64,000 nt of DNA from contig JBBTRF010000001.1 in assembly GCA_038065315.1 (NCBI GenBank), positions 592,458 through 656,457 of the forward strand, given 5' to 3'. The position numbers and the translations under genes are program-made. Below, piece after piece: positions 45,584-55,902 of this stretch (the first letter of the stretch is position 1; each line of letters opens with the position of its first letter). The notes under the pieces were generated by a model. The model was not told where the DNA came from and ran no database searches. It saw nothing but the letters and a program-made list of their open reading frames with translations. The stretch comes from Patescibacteria group bacterium (GTDB lineage Bacteria; Patescibacteriota; Minisyncoccia; Phycocordibacterales; JBBTRF01).

Positions 45584-46852
45584 GTGACATTGTACACACG
45601 ACATTTGAAAGACACCGAGATCAAAAAGTTGCTGAAAGCCGAGAAAACCCGCCAAAAGAAGGTGGTGAACTTGATTGCTTCTGAAAATTATGTTTCCAGC
45701 GACGTTTTGAAGGCGCTCGGCTCCGAGCTCACCAATAAATATGCTGAGGGCTATCCAGGGAAGCGTTATTATGGCGGCAATGAATATGTCGACCAGATCG
45801 AGACGCTTTGCAAGGAACGCGCACTGAAGCTTTTTGGTCTTGATGCAGGTTCTGTTGGTACGCAGGCGAGAAAGTGGCATGTGAATGTGCAGCCGCTTTC
45901 CGGCTCGCCGGCCAACTTGGCGGTGTTTCTCGGACTGGTGCCTCCGGGCGGCAAAATCATGGGCATGTCCCTCGCGCATGGTGGCCACCTCACTCATGGG
46001 CAGAAGGTTTCGATCACAGGAAAGATGTGGACGCCCGTACATTTTGGTGTTGATCAAAAGACCGAGCTCATCGACTACGCTGCGCTCAAAGCACAGGCTA
46101 TTGCTGAAAAACCGGCAATTATTGTGGCGGGCTTCACGGCGTATCCGCGCATTGTTGATTTCAAACAGTTTCGCGCTGTCGCTGATGCCTGTGGTGCCAT
46201 CCTCATGGTGGACATGTCGCATTTCGCTGGCCTCGTGGCAGGTGCTGTGTACCCGAGTCCGTTTGCATACGCTGATGTCGTGACAACCACCACGCACAAG
46301 ACGCTCCGCGGTCCGCGTGCGGCGCTCATTTTTGTACGCAAGGACAAAAGCGGGCTCAATCCTAAAGGCGAGTCCGTCTCTTTTGCCGATCTCATCGACA
46401 AGGCGGTGTTCCCAGGCTTGCAGGGCGGTCCACATCTCAACCAGATTGCCGCGGTGGCCGTCGCACTGAAAGAAGCCGCTACTCCCGCATTCCAAAAATA
46501 TGCTGCCCAAGTGGTGCAGAATGCCAAAGCCCTCGCCAATGAACTCTCCTCGCTCGGCTGGCGCGTGATCTCCGGTGGTACCGATTCGCACCTTGTGTTG
46601 ATCGATACGTGGATGGGCGGAAAAAAGGGAGGTGCCGACGGCAAGATGGGCGGTATCACCGGCGAAGAGGCGAGCGAGCGATTGGAAAAAGCCGGCATCA
46701 TCGTGAACAAGAATGCGATTCCATTCGACACGCGACCACCGATGGATCCATCAGGTATTCGCCTCGGAAGTGCTGCTGAAACTACTCGTGGCAAGAAAGA
46801 AAAAGACTTCCGCGCGTTGGCCCAAAAGATAGACAAGATTCTCAGAAAGTAG
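45584..46852 (+). CDS. glyA: serine hydroxymethyltransferase
   Basis: LIASEN, YAEGYPGKRYYGG, GGHLTHG and TTTHKTLRGPR. Confidence 0.98.
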   Translation: MTLYTRHLKDTEIKKLLKAEKTRQKKVVNLIASENYVSSDVLKALGSELTNKYAEGYPGKRYYGGNEYVDQIETLCKERALKLFGLDAGSVGTQARKWHVNVQPLSGSPANLAVFLGLVPPGGKIMGMSLAHGGHLTHGQKVSITGKMWTPVHFGVDQKTELIDYAALKAQAIAEKPAIIVAGFTAYPRIVDFKQFRAVADACGAILMVDMSHFAGLVAGAVYPSPFAYADVVTTTTHKTLRGPRAALIFVRKDKSGLNPKGESVSFADLIDKAVFPGLQGGPHLNQIAAVAVALKEAATPAFQKYAAQVVQNAKALANELSSLGWRVISGGTDSHLVLIDTWMGGKKGGADGKMGGITGEEASERLEKAGIIVNKNAIPFDTRPPMDPSGIRLGSAAETTRGKKEKDFRALAQKIDKILRK

Positions 46853-46968
46853 TACTATTCACCTCGGTCAAATCAGCTCTAAAACACAGTAAATGCAACA
46901 CGACTGGGCGGCTGCTGCCGTTCGGTCATTCAACCAAAACCGAGCTGGTTTGGGTGGAAGCAATCGTT

Positions 46969-47367
46969 ATGAAAGTCATTCCTCGTCTCACGGCGACAGC
47001 GTTTCGTCGCCTTTTTTCCAAGTTGGCAAAAACGTGGCGGCAACAACGGGGTCAGTTCGCCAAGCAGCTCGAATCGTTGCTGGGCCAGATCAGTGACGGC
47101 GGGCAGTTCCGACAGATCTTCGCATTCTGCATCAATGTGGCCGCCGGCCCAGCGATCATCCGGGCCGTCATCCATGCTTGGGATGCCGCCATGGAATTCC
47201 GCCTCTTCGTGGTCGAGATTCGCAAGCGTTTTGTCGCCACCTTCAGCTGGCTCGTGGCGAATGCCGAAAAATACGCCGAGGTGTATCGGCAGTGCGCTCC
47301 TGGCGCAGCGGTGGCTCGCCGGATCAAGCACCTCTTCGAGGCTGCCGGTTATCCGCTTCCGGCGTAG
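46969..47367 (+). CDS. hypothetical protein
   Basis: ORF followed by a GC hairpin and T tract at about 47410-47443; no motif recognised. Confidence 0.5.
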   Translation: MKVIPRLTATAFRRLFSKLAKTWRQQRGQFAKQLESLLGQISDGGQFRQIFAFCINVAAGPAIIRAVIHAWDAAMEFRLFVVEIRKRFVATFSWLVANAEKYAEVYRQCAPGAAVARRIKHLFEAAGYPLPA

Positions 47368-47753
47368 CGACTGCTCCGGCCGCGATGGTTGCAAGTTTCG
47401 ATCAAAGTAGGGACGCTCTTCGTGGGCGTCCCGCTTTTATTTTCCCTAAAATACCTCGGGAGCTGCAGGCCCCCCAACCGCGCAAAAATTGACAAGTACT
47501 ATCAAGATGTGTAGTATTCCGTCCAGACTGTTTTTTCGAAATATTCAGCAAAAAGCCAGTTAGTTGGGCGTTTTTTGTGTTGTGAGTCATGTCGGCCGAT
47601 GAGTATTCAATGGACGTCCTTTGAACCCTCCTTGGCCGACGCGACTCCCATAGGGGGTGTATTTGCCGAGCTCCGATCGAGAGCTTTTCCAATCAGTCGA
47701 TCATGTCGGTTGTCGGTAGAGAGAAGACCACTCTTAAAAAACACCACGCACAA

Positions 47754-48674
47754 ATGACACACCAAGTTGTTCCCAACATCGCCGCATCAATGCCGTGCCC
47801 ACTCACTGGATTGCCCTTCGCGCTCCGGTTCTACCTCACCATGGTGGCCGAGACGAAAGGCGTCCTCGCCGCCGGCTACACCGGCATCCACGGCCAGGGC
47901 TATGCCGCCGCCTTCCTGAAACTCATCGGTGCCACGGCACAGGAGGTGCAAGACTTCTTCGCATCCCAGCCCAGCTACCTGGCTTACGCGCAGTGGCTCC
48001 GGCAGCGTTTGCAGGCCGGTAGCGTGTCCAAGCTGGCGATCCGCAAATTCGGGATCCTGGTCAGGACCTACCAGCATCGCGGATCTGCCCTCGAAGAAGC
48101 CTTGGCGGATGCCGGCATGACGGCTGAATCTGCGGGGACGGCCACGGCCGATATCCTGAACAGCCTTGGTGACATGCGGACCCGCTTCAGTCTCGGTCAA
48201 GGTGGCGCGCCGATCGCTGTTTACGGCATCCCCCTGACGCCCGCCAACAAGCGCTGTCCCTTTACCGGCCTGCTGGTCGCCGAGCGCTTCTACGAGGTTG
48301 CCCGGCTTGAGTCGGAAGGATACCTCGCCGAAGGCTACACTGGCGTTCACGGCAAGGGCTTCGCCGCGGTCTTCCTTGCGGCCATCAACCGCACGGCTGA
48401 CGAGGCCGACGAATTCTTCGCCGACGCTCCCAGCTACGATGCCTACGCCAACTGGGCCGCCGAGAAGCCACCTACCCGCAGTGCGCGCATCACCTTGGAA
48501 CTGGTGGTGGCCACCTACGACCACACGGGGGAGGCCCTCACCAATGCGCTCGCCGCCGCCGGTATGACGGCGGAGGAGTTGGGCAGCGAATCGGCCGAAG
48601 ACGTCAACCTCATGGAGGATGTGGCGACTTGGACTGCCGCGGTTCGTGCCATCACGCTCCCCGCCGCTGAATAG
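47754..48674 (+). CDS. protein made of two tandem homologous domains (DUF5069-like)
   Basis: CPLTGL..RFY...GYTGIHGQG and CPFTGL..RFY...GYTGVHGKG; terminator at about 48697-48730. Confidence 0.7.
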   Translation: MTHQVVPNIAASMPCPLTGLPFALRFYLTMVAETKGVLAAGYTGIHGQGYAAAFLKLIGATAQEVQDFFASQPSYLAYAQWLRQRLQAGSVSKLAIRKFGILVRTYQHRGSALEEALADAGMTAESAGTATADILNSLGDMRTRFSLGQGGAPIAVYGIPLTPANKRCPFTGLLVAERFYEVARLESEGYLAEGYTGVHGKGFAAVFLAAINRTADEADEFFADAPSYDAYANWAAEKPPTRSARITLELVVATYDHTGEALTNALAAAGMTAEELGSESAEDVNLMEDVATWTAAVRAITLPAAE

Positions 48675-48764
48675 TTCCGACCTCGCGTTCTTCAAGACCG
48701 CAGCCCCCCAGGCTGCGGTCCTTTCTTTTTCCTAAAATACGTCGAAAATGCTAGAATGCTTTTT

Positions 48765-50489
48765 ATGAAAGTCCGACTCGAAAAAGCTTTTGCTTCTGTC
48801 CTCACCGACCTTGGCGTCTCTGCGCCGAAGGCATCTTTTGAGCATCCTGAGGTGATCGCGCACGGCGACTACGCCACTGGTGTTGCGCTCGCATATGCGA
48901 AACAACTTGGCATGAAGCCACGCGATCTCGCGGAGAAGATCGTCGGCGCTCTAAAGCTCGGACCGCTGGTAGAGAAGATCGACATTGCCGGTCCAGGGTT
49001 CATCAATATCCACTTGTCGAAGCAGTTTTTTGCCGAGGCTTTGGCGACCATTGAAAAGCAGGGCGAGACTTTTGGTACGAATGCACGTCTGAAAGGGCAG
49101 AAGGTGCTAGTGGAATACACCGACCCGAATCCGTTCAAGGTGTTTCATATTGGGCACTTGATGTCGAATGCGGTCGGCGAATCGGTCGCGCGCTTGATGG
49201 CGGCGAGCGGCGCAAAGACCGTCCGCGCGAACTATCAGGGTGATGTCGGGCTCCACGTGGCGAAGGCGGTGTGGGGGATGCAATCCCTGAATGCGACGGC
49301 GAAGCTCGCTCAATTGAAGCAGCTTCCGGCAGCCGAGCAGGTGGCGTTCATTGGCAAAGCGTATGTACACGGTTCGGAGCAATATGAGGCCGACAAATCG
49401 GCTGAAGCAGAGATTCAGCTCATCAATCAGGCTGTTTTCGATCGGAAAACTGCGGAGGTAAATATACTATACGATTGGGGGAGGAAAGTGACCCTAGATC
49501 ATTTTGAATTGATCTACAAAAAACTTGGCACAAAATTCGACCATTACTTTTTCGAGAGCGAAGTGGCGCAGGATGGGCTGGAGATGGTTCGTGGTGGACT
49601 CGGGAAGAGTGTGTTTGTGGAAAGCGAGGGTGCGATTGTATTCAAGGGTGAGGAACATGGCTTGCATACACGCGTGTTCATCACTTCTCGTGGCTTGCCG
49701 ACGTATGATGCGAAAGAGCTTGGATTGGCCAAGCAGAAATTTGAATTGATCAAACCAGATTTGTCGATTGTGGTGACGGCGAATGAGCAGAGTGAATATT
49801 ACAAAGTGTTCATGCGAGCTTTGTTTTTGTTGCGTCCGGAGATCGCGGAGCGCACCAAGCATGTCAGCCACGGCATGATGCGTTTTGCGAGCGGGAAGAT
49901 GTCGTCGCGAAAGGGCAATGTGGTGGCGGGGGAGGCGTTGCTCGCTGATGCTGAAGCAATGGTGGCGGAGAAGATCAAGGATCGCGGTTTCGATGCGCCG
50001 ACCGCGGCCGAGGTGATGGAGAAGGTTGCTGTTGGTGCGGTAAAGTATTCAGTCTTGAAGTCCGCCGCCGGCAGCGACATCGTGTACGACCCAGAAAAAG
50101 CTGTTTCTTTTGACGGCGATTCTGGTCCGTATCTCCAATATTCATATGCTCGCGCTCTGTCGGTGCTCCGCAAGCCGGAAGCGGTGGCGTTGTTAAAAAA
50201 CAGCACTTCAGACATTGCGACGGGTACCGAGATCGGTCAACTCGAAAAACTTCTCTACCGTTTTCCGGAAGTGGTGGACCGTGCCGCCGGCTCGTTTGAA
50301 CCGCATTTTGTCACCGACTACCTCACGCAGCTCGCCGGCGCCTTCAATGCCTTCTATGCGAACAATCAGATCATCAACCCCGAAGATGCCACCACCTCGG
50401 CATACCGCCTCCGCCTTGCTCGTGCTTTTACGACCGTGATGAAGAACGGCCTCAACCTACTCGCCATTCCGGCGGTGGAGAGGATGTAA
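48765..50489 (+). CDS. argS: arginine--tRNA ligase
   Basis: GPGFINI, PNPFKVFHIGH, MSSRKG, GPYLQY and C-terminal ERM. Confidence 0.97.
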   Translation: MKVRLEKAFASVLTDLGVSAPKASFEHPEVIAHGDYATGVALAYAKQLGMKPRDLAEKIVGALKLGPLVEKIDIAGPGFINIHLSKQFFAEALATIEKQGETFGTNARLKGQKVLVEYTDPNPFKVFHIGHLMSNAVGESVARLMAASGAKTVRANYQGDVGLHVAKAVWGMQSLNATAKLAQLKQLPAAEQVAFIGKAYVHGSEQYEADKSAEAEIQLINQAVFDRKTAEVNILYDWGRKVTLDHFELIYKKLGTKFDHYFFESEVAQDGLEMVRGGLGKSVFVESEGAIVFKGEEHGLHTRVFITSRGLPTYDAKELGLAKQKFELIKPDLSIVVTANEQSEYYKVFMRALFLLRPEIAERTKHVSHGMMRFASGKMSSRKGNVVAGEALLADAEAMVAEKIKDRGFDAPTAAEVMEKVAVGAVKYSVLKSAAGSDIVYDPEKAVSFDGDSGPYLQYSYARALSVLRKPEAVALLKNSTSDIATGTEIGQLEKLLYRFPEVVDRAAGSFEPHFVTDYLTQLAGAFNAFYANNQIINPEDATTSAYRLRLARAFTTVMKNGLNLLAIPAVERM

Positions 50490-50503
50490 TTTATAATAAA
50501 TGC

Positions 50504-51464
50504 ATGTCAGTTTTATCTGAGAAACACAAAAAAGTTTTAAAATATCTTGTAGATACGTTCGATAATGCCGGAATTTTATTCCAAGCTACAAGCGGATTGG
50601 CGGCTAACGTCTACGGATCTTCTAGATCACTCTACGATATTGATATAGATGTGTACAAAAAAGATATTCCTAAAGCACAGGAACTTTTCAGGAAGCATGT
50701 CGTTTCTGATTTTGTACATGAGCAGAATGAATCATTTGATCTTTACGAATTCACGCTCAAGATTGATGGCGTTACTGTTGATGTAAGCCAAGCAGAAGAA
50801 AGTTACGCGATAGGGAAGGATGGGACAAAGATTTTAGTAATGAATGACATTAAAAATGCATCAAAACATACCTTTGAAGGGATTGCTTTCAGGGTACTCG
50901 ATAAGGGGCAGTTAGTCCGGTATAAGACTCATGTTGCAAGGAGTACTGATTTGAGTGATGTGAAAGAGATAACAGCTCTTGCTAGCAAAGTACACATCTA
51001 CATTGATGGGAATAACCTCTATCGTGGCGCAAAAGAACTTGGTTTCACTATTGATTATAAAAAGTTCAGAGGTTGGCTTCGCCAAAAATATAATCCAACG
51101 AGCGTTTATCTATATCATCGGTCTTGTTCCTGATAGGGTAAAATTCTACGAATACTTGCAGGAATGTGGTTTCATCTTGATTTTTAAGCAGACTGTTTCT
51201 GTGGGAGGGGTAGTGAAGGGTAATTGCGACGCGGAATTAGTACTCAAGACTATTTCAGATTTTTATACGAAAGCGTTCGATAAATGTATGCTTGTAACGG
51301 GCGATGGTGACTTTGGTTGCGTGGTTGAATTTCTAGCGGGTAATTCGGCATTGGGTGGCATAATCGCTCCAGATAGGAAAAAGTGCTCAATTTTGCTTAA
51401 GAATAAAAATATTGAAATTACTTTCCTCAACGAACATTATCACAAGTTCTCAACCCCTTTATAA
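50504..51464 (+). pseudogene. nucleotidyltransferase-like domain fused to a frameshifted NYN (LabA/DUF88) nuclease
   Basis: GLAA.VYGS.R...DIDID; YIDGNNL in one frame, KGNCDAELV and GDGDF in the +1 frame; switch at about 51111-51117. Confidence 0.7.
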
Positions 51465-51635
51465 AAGAAAAAGCCCCCGATGCAGACGAATCTGCATAAG
51501 GGCCTTCTTCATGGTGATACTAGTATAATACATGATTGATCATTGGATGCAAGCACAGTGGCTTGCTGTATGGAATTGTATCAGTATGTTTATTGGTGCT
51601 AGAATAGCCACATTCGGCCCAATTTCCGAGATTTT

Positions 51636-54600
51636 ATGAACGAGACTCCTAAAACCCCTCCCGCAAGCCCAAAAAGCCCCCACGCTGAGCGCGAGGAGAA
51701 GGTGCTGTGTTTGTGGGCGCAAGAACAAATCTTTGCTAAAAGCCTCGAAAAGGCCTCGCCAAAGGGTGAATTTGTCTTCTATGACGGCCCGCCATTTGCC
51801 ACCGGTCTGCTTCATTATGGCCACATTTTGGCAGGTACGATTAAGGACGCGATCCCGCGATACAAGACGATGCAAGGCTTCCACGTGCCGCGCCGTTGGG
51901 GCTGGGATTGCCACGGTTTGCCTGTCGAAAATATTGTCGAAAAAGAGATTGGTTTGAAGTCGAAAAAAGATATTCTCGACTACGGTATCGACCGTTTCAA
52001 TCAAGCGGCCCGCGACACCGTGCTCCGTTATGCGCACGTGTGGGAAGAGCAGGTGCCACGTCTTGGTCGCTGGGTGGATATGAAGAACGAGTATCGCACC
52101 ATGGATACTTCATACACCGAATCCGTCTGGTGGGTGTTTAAACAGCTTCATGAAAAGGGTCTGGTGTACGAGGGTTTCAAAAGCATGCACCTGTGTCCGC
52201 GCTGTGAGACGACCTTGTCGAATTTCGAAGTGAATCTCGGGTACAAGGACGTCACCGATATTTCAGTGTACGCAAAGTTTGAATTGAAAAGCGAGCCGGG
52301 AACATTTTTTGTTGCGTGGACGACGACACCGTGGACCTTGCCGGGCAATGTTGCCCTCGCTGTTGGTCCGGAGATTATGTATGCGAAGGTGAAAGTGACC
52401 GACGCAAAGACTGGCGCGGTTTCGCGAGTGATCGTGGCGAAGGAAAAGCTTGTAGCCGTGATGAAGGATGTGCCGTACGAAGTGCTTGCTGAGATGAAGG
52501 GCGCGGAATTGGTCGGCAAAGAATACACGCCGGTATTTTCATACTATATTAGCGACGAAAAGTTGAAAAATGTGCAGAACGCCTGGAAAGTATACGCGGC
52601 AGATTTCGTGACCCTCGAAAAGGGCACTGGCATCGTGCATATCGCGCCGGCGTTCGGCGAAGATGACTACCAGCTCAGTCTAAAGATGCAGCTGCCATTT
52701 ATTCAGCATGTCGGCATGAATGGCGCGTTCAAAAAAGAGGTGGCGGATTTTGCCGGCCAACAGGTGAAGCCGAAGTCAAGCGAGACCGAAAAAGACGCGC
52801 ATCAGAAGACAGACATCGAGATCATCAAATATCTGGCACAGAAGGGCACACTGTTTGCGAAGGAAAAGATCATTCACTCGTATCCACATTGTTGGCGTTG
52901 CGAGACACCGCTGCTCAACTACGCGTCTTCGTCGTGGTTTGTACGCGTGACCGATTTCAAAGACAAGCTCGTCGCGGAAAACAAAAAGGTGAAGTGGGTG
53001 CCACGAGAGGTGGGCGAAAACCGTTTTGGCGATTGGCTCGAAAATGCTCGCGATTGGGCGATCTCACGTTCGCGATTCTGGGGAGCGCCGCTGCCGGTGT
53101 GGAAGTGTCAGTCTTGTGAGCAGGTGAAGGTATTTGGCAGCACTGCGGAACTCAAGAAGGCATTGAAGCCGCGCAATACCTACTACGTGATGCGCCATGG
53201 CGAGGCGGAACACAATGTTCAGCGCATCATGAGCACTGATCTGGCAGACTGTCATCATCTCACGGAGAAGGGTCGGCGACAGGCGCTTGAGGCCGGCGAG
53301 GTTTTGAAGGACAAAAAGATCGACGTCATTTTTGCCTCACCTTTTTTGCGCACACAGGAGACCATGAAGGAGGTTTGCGAGGTGATTGGCTTTGATCACA
53401 AGAAGATTGTGAAGGATCCACGTATTGGAGAGATTCGTGCCGGCGTATTCAACGGTCGGCCGGTGGGCGAGTACCATGGCTTTTTCGGCACGGGAGAATA
53501 CGCACGCTACGTGAAGCGTCCACAAGGCGGCGAAAACTACACCGATGTTCGGGCGCGCGTCGCGGAGTTTCTCTACGACATCGATGCACGATATGAAGGG
53601 AAAAATATCTTGGTCGTGACGCACGATTCACCAGCGTGGTTCTTGTCTGCTGAAGCTGAGGCGATGAACAGTGAGCAGGCAAACACGCTCCGCGGCACAA
53701 CACCATTTTTCCTAAAGAATGCCGAAGTGCGACCGCTGCCTTTCGCGGCGCTATCTTGCAATGCCGAGCGTAAAGTGGATCTGCATCGACCGTTTATCGA
53801 CGGTGTCGCTTTGTTGTGCGCCTGCGGCGGCGACATGAAACGCGTGGCGGAAGTGTTTGATTGCTGGTTTGAGTCCGGCTCAATGCCATATGGCGAAGCG
53901 CGTTATCCGGCGGAGCAAAAGAATGGTTTCCGACCGGCGCGAAACGTGTTTGATCGATGGTTTGGCCGATTCACTGGCCGCGTGAAAAGATATCCAGCTG
54001 ATTTTATTGCCGAAGGTCTCGACCAGACCCGCGGCTGGTTCTACTCGATGCTCGTGCTCGGTGTCGCTCTGTTCGGCAAGTCGCCATACAAGCAGGTGGT
54101 GGTGAACGGTCTCATCCTCGCGGAAGATGGTCGCAAGATGTCGAAGAGCCTGAAGAATTATCCCGATCCGATGAAGGTTGTCGATGCGTATGGTGCCGAC
54201 GCCCTGCGTTTTTATTTGCTCAACTCGCCGGTAGTGCGCGGCCAAGATCTCTGCTTCTCGGAGAAAGGGGTCGATGAAGTGGCAAAAAAGCTCCTTGGTC
54301 GTCTCGACAATGTCCGTTCTTTCTATGAGCTCTACGCCGATGCTTCTGTCGTCGCTTCTCGAAATTCAACAAACGTCCTCGACCGCTGGATCCTCGCACG
54401 TCTCGCAGGGCTGGTCAGCGAAGTCACTGATGCGTTTGAAGGGTACGAGCTCGACAAGGCTTGCCGACCATTCAATGGTTTTGTCGATGATCTGTCGACT
54501 TGGTATCTGCGCCGATCTCGCGATCGTTTCAAAAATACCGATGGCGCTGCTGCTCCGGAGGCCGTGGCCGACAAAAAAGCTGCACTCGAGACCACTCGTT

Positions 54601-55262
54601 TTGTATTGCGAGAAGTGGCCAAAGTCCTCGCGCCTATCATGCCGTTCTATGCAGAGTCGCTGTATCAGTCTTTGAAGGCTACTGGTTGTGTCGATGATAT
54701 TTCTCTCCTGAGTGTGCATCTCGAGAGCTGGCCGTCAGTCGCTGAGGTTTGTAAGCAATCGACAAAGGCGCAGGCACAGATTGTGGCCGACATGGCCGAT
54801 GTTCGCTCGACAGTTTCTCTTGGTCTCGAGGCACGTATGCAAGCGAAGATCAATGTTCGACAGCCGCTTGCGCGATTGTCGGTGAAGAAATTGCCAAAGG
54901 GTGTCGATGCGGCGGAACTCATCGAACTCGTGAAAGATGAAGTGAATGTAAAGAAGGTCGATGAGAGTGTGTCGATAGACGGCGCAGTACTTCTCGATAC
55001 CGTACTTACTCCGGAGCTCAAGGAAGAGGGTATTGTTCGCGACATGATTCGATCGGTGCAAGATCTTCGCAAGCAGTCTGGTCTCAATCCAAACGATCGA
55101 GTGGATCTCTTTGTTGATACCGATGAGGCAGGCAAGCGCTTCCTCGAGAAGTACCAGGGGGTCTTGTGCAAAGTGACCGGCGTGAAGCAGGTGCGATGGG
55201 AGATCGTACAGCAAGGAGTTCATTTGGAGTTCGACGGATTGAGGTTTGGTTTGAAGCTGTAA
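51636..55262 (+). CDS. ileS: isoleucine--tRNA ligase (type 2) with inserted histidine-phosphatase domain
   Basis: DGPPFATG.LHYGH, WTTTPWTLP, DWAISR.RFWG and KMSKS; RHGE insert. Confidence 0.95.
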   Translation: MNETPKTPPASPKSPHAEREEKVLCLWAQEQIFAKSLEKASPKGEFVFYDGPPFATGLLHYGHILAGTIKDAIPRYKTMQGFHVPRRWGWDCHGLPVENIVEKEIGLKSKKDILDYGIDRFNQAARDTVLRYAHVWEEQVPRLGRWVDMKNEYRTMDTSYTESVWWVFKQLHEKGLVYEGFKSMHLCPRCETTLSNFEVNLGYKDVTDISVYAKFELKSEPGTFFVAWTTTPWTLPGNVALAVGPEIMYAKVKVTDAKTGAVSRVIVAKEKLVAVMKDVPYEVLAEMKGAELVGKEYTPVFSYYISDEKLKNVQNAWKVYAADFVTLEKGTGIVHIAPAFGEDDYQLSLKMQLPFIQHVGMNGAFKKEVADFAGQQVKPKSSETEKDAHQKTDIEIIKYLAQKGTLFAKEKIIHSYPHCWRCETPLLNYASSSWFVRVTDFKDKLVAENKKVKWVPREVGENRFGDWLENARDWAISRSRFWGAPLPVWKCQSCEQVKVFGSTAELKKALKPRNTYYVMRHGEAEHNVQRIMSTDLADCHHLTEKGRRQALEAGEVLKDKKIDVIFASPFLRTQETMKEVCEVIGFDHKKIVKDPRIGEIRAGVFNGRPVGEYHGFFGTGEYARYVKRPQGGENYTDVRARVAEFLYDIDARYEGKNILVVTHDSPAWFLSAEAEAMNSEQANTLRGTTPFFLKNAEVRPLPFAALSCNAERKVDLHRPFIDGVALLCACGGDMKRVAEVFDCWFESGSMPYGEARYPAEQKNGFRPARNVFDRWFGRFTGRVKRYPADFIAEGLDQTRGWFYSMLVLGVALFGKSPYKQVVVNGLILAEDGRKMSKSLKNYPDPMKVVDAYGADALRFYLLNSPVVRGQDLCFSEKGVDEVAKKLLGRLDNVRSFYELYADASVVASRNSTNVLDRWILARLAGLVSEVTDAFEGYELDKACRPFNGFVDDLSTWYLRRSRDRFKNTDGAAAPEAVADKKAALETTRFVLREVAKVLAPIMPFYAESLYQSLKATGCVDDISLLSVHLESWPSVAEVCKQSTKAQAQIVADMADVRSTVSLGLEARMQAKINVRQPLARLSVKKLPKGVDAAELIELVKDEVNVKKVDESVSIDGAVLLDTVLTPELKEEGIVRDMIRSVQDLRKQSGLNPNDRVDLFVDTDEAGKRFLEKYQGVLCKVTGVKQVRWEIVQQGVHLEFDGLRFGLKL

Positions 55263-55287
55263 CGCACGATTTCATCGCTGCATCTAT

Positions 55288-55881
55288 ATGGCTCACCACA
55301 TGTATCACACGCCGGGGTTGGTGCTGAGCTCTCGCGGAGTGGGCGAGGCCAATTCGCTGTTCAGCATTTTCACTCGTGAGCTCGGCATGATTGAGGCCTC
55401 TGCGCAGGCTGTCCGGGAGGTGAAGTCGAAGCTGCGATTTTCGTTGCGTGACTTTTCGCTTTCGGAATTGTCACTGGTGCGCGGCAAGCAGGGGTGGAAG
55501 ATCACGAGTGCCGTGCTCGAAGGCAATTTTTCTGATACCTATGGCCCTGGCTCATCTTCACTCCTCGTCGCCGCTCGTATCTCGAGCTTGTTGCAGCGCC
55601 TCGTGGCCGGCGAGGAGAAAAATGACCATCTTTTTGACACGGTGAGTACAGCACTCCACTTTCTTTCTGCCGAAACCTTATCAGAGGAAGAGCTCGCGAA
55701 TGCCGAATGTATTCTTGTACTCTCTATTCTCCACGAACTCGGGTATCTGCAAGACGAATCCGCTTTTCAGCCTTTTGTCGGCGACGTGCAATGGAGCCGT
55801 GACCTGGTCCGATCGGCTGCACCGCTACGTACGAAGATTATTGCGCAGATCAACACCTCACTTCGAGAGAGCCAAATGTAG
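55288..55881 (+). CDS. recO: DNA repair protein RecO
   Basis: G.VL.SR..GEAN...IFTRELG.I.A.A..VR..KSKL. Confidence 0.8.
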   Translation: MAHHMYHTPGLVLSSRGVGEANSLFSIFTRELGMIEASAQAVREVKSKLRFSLRDFSLSELSLVRGKQGWKITSAVLEGNFSDTYGPGSSSLLVAARISSLLQRLVAGEEKNDHLFDTVSTALHFLSAETLSEEELANAECILVLSILHELGYLQDESAFQPFVGDVQWSRDLVRSAAPLRTKIIAQINTSLRESQM

Positions 55882-55902
55882 TCTGTGGTATGATATATCT
55901 CT

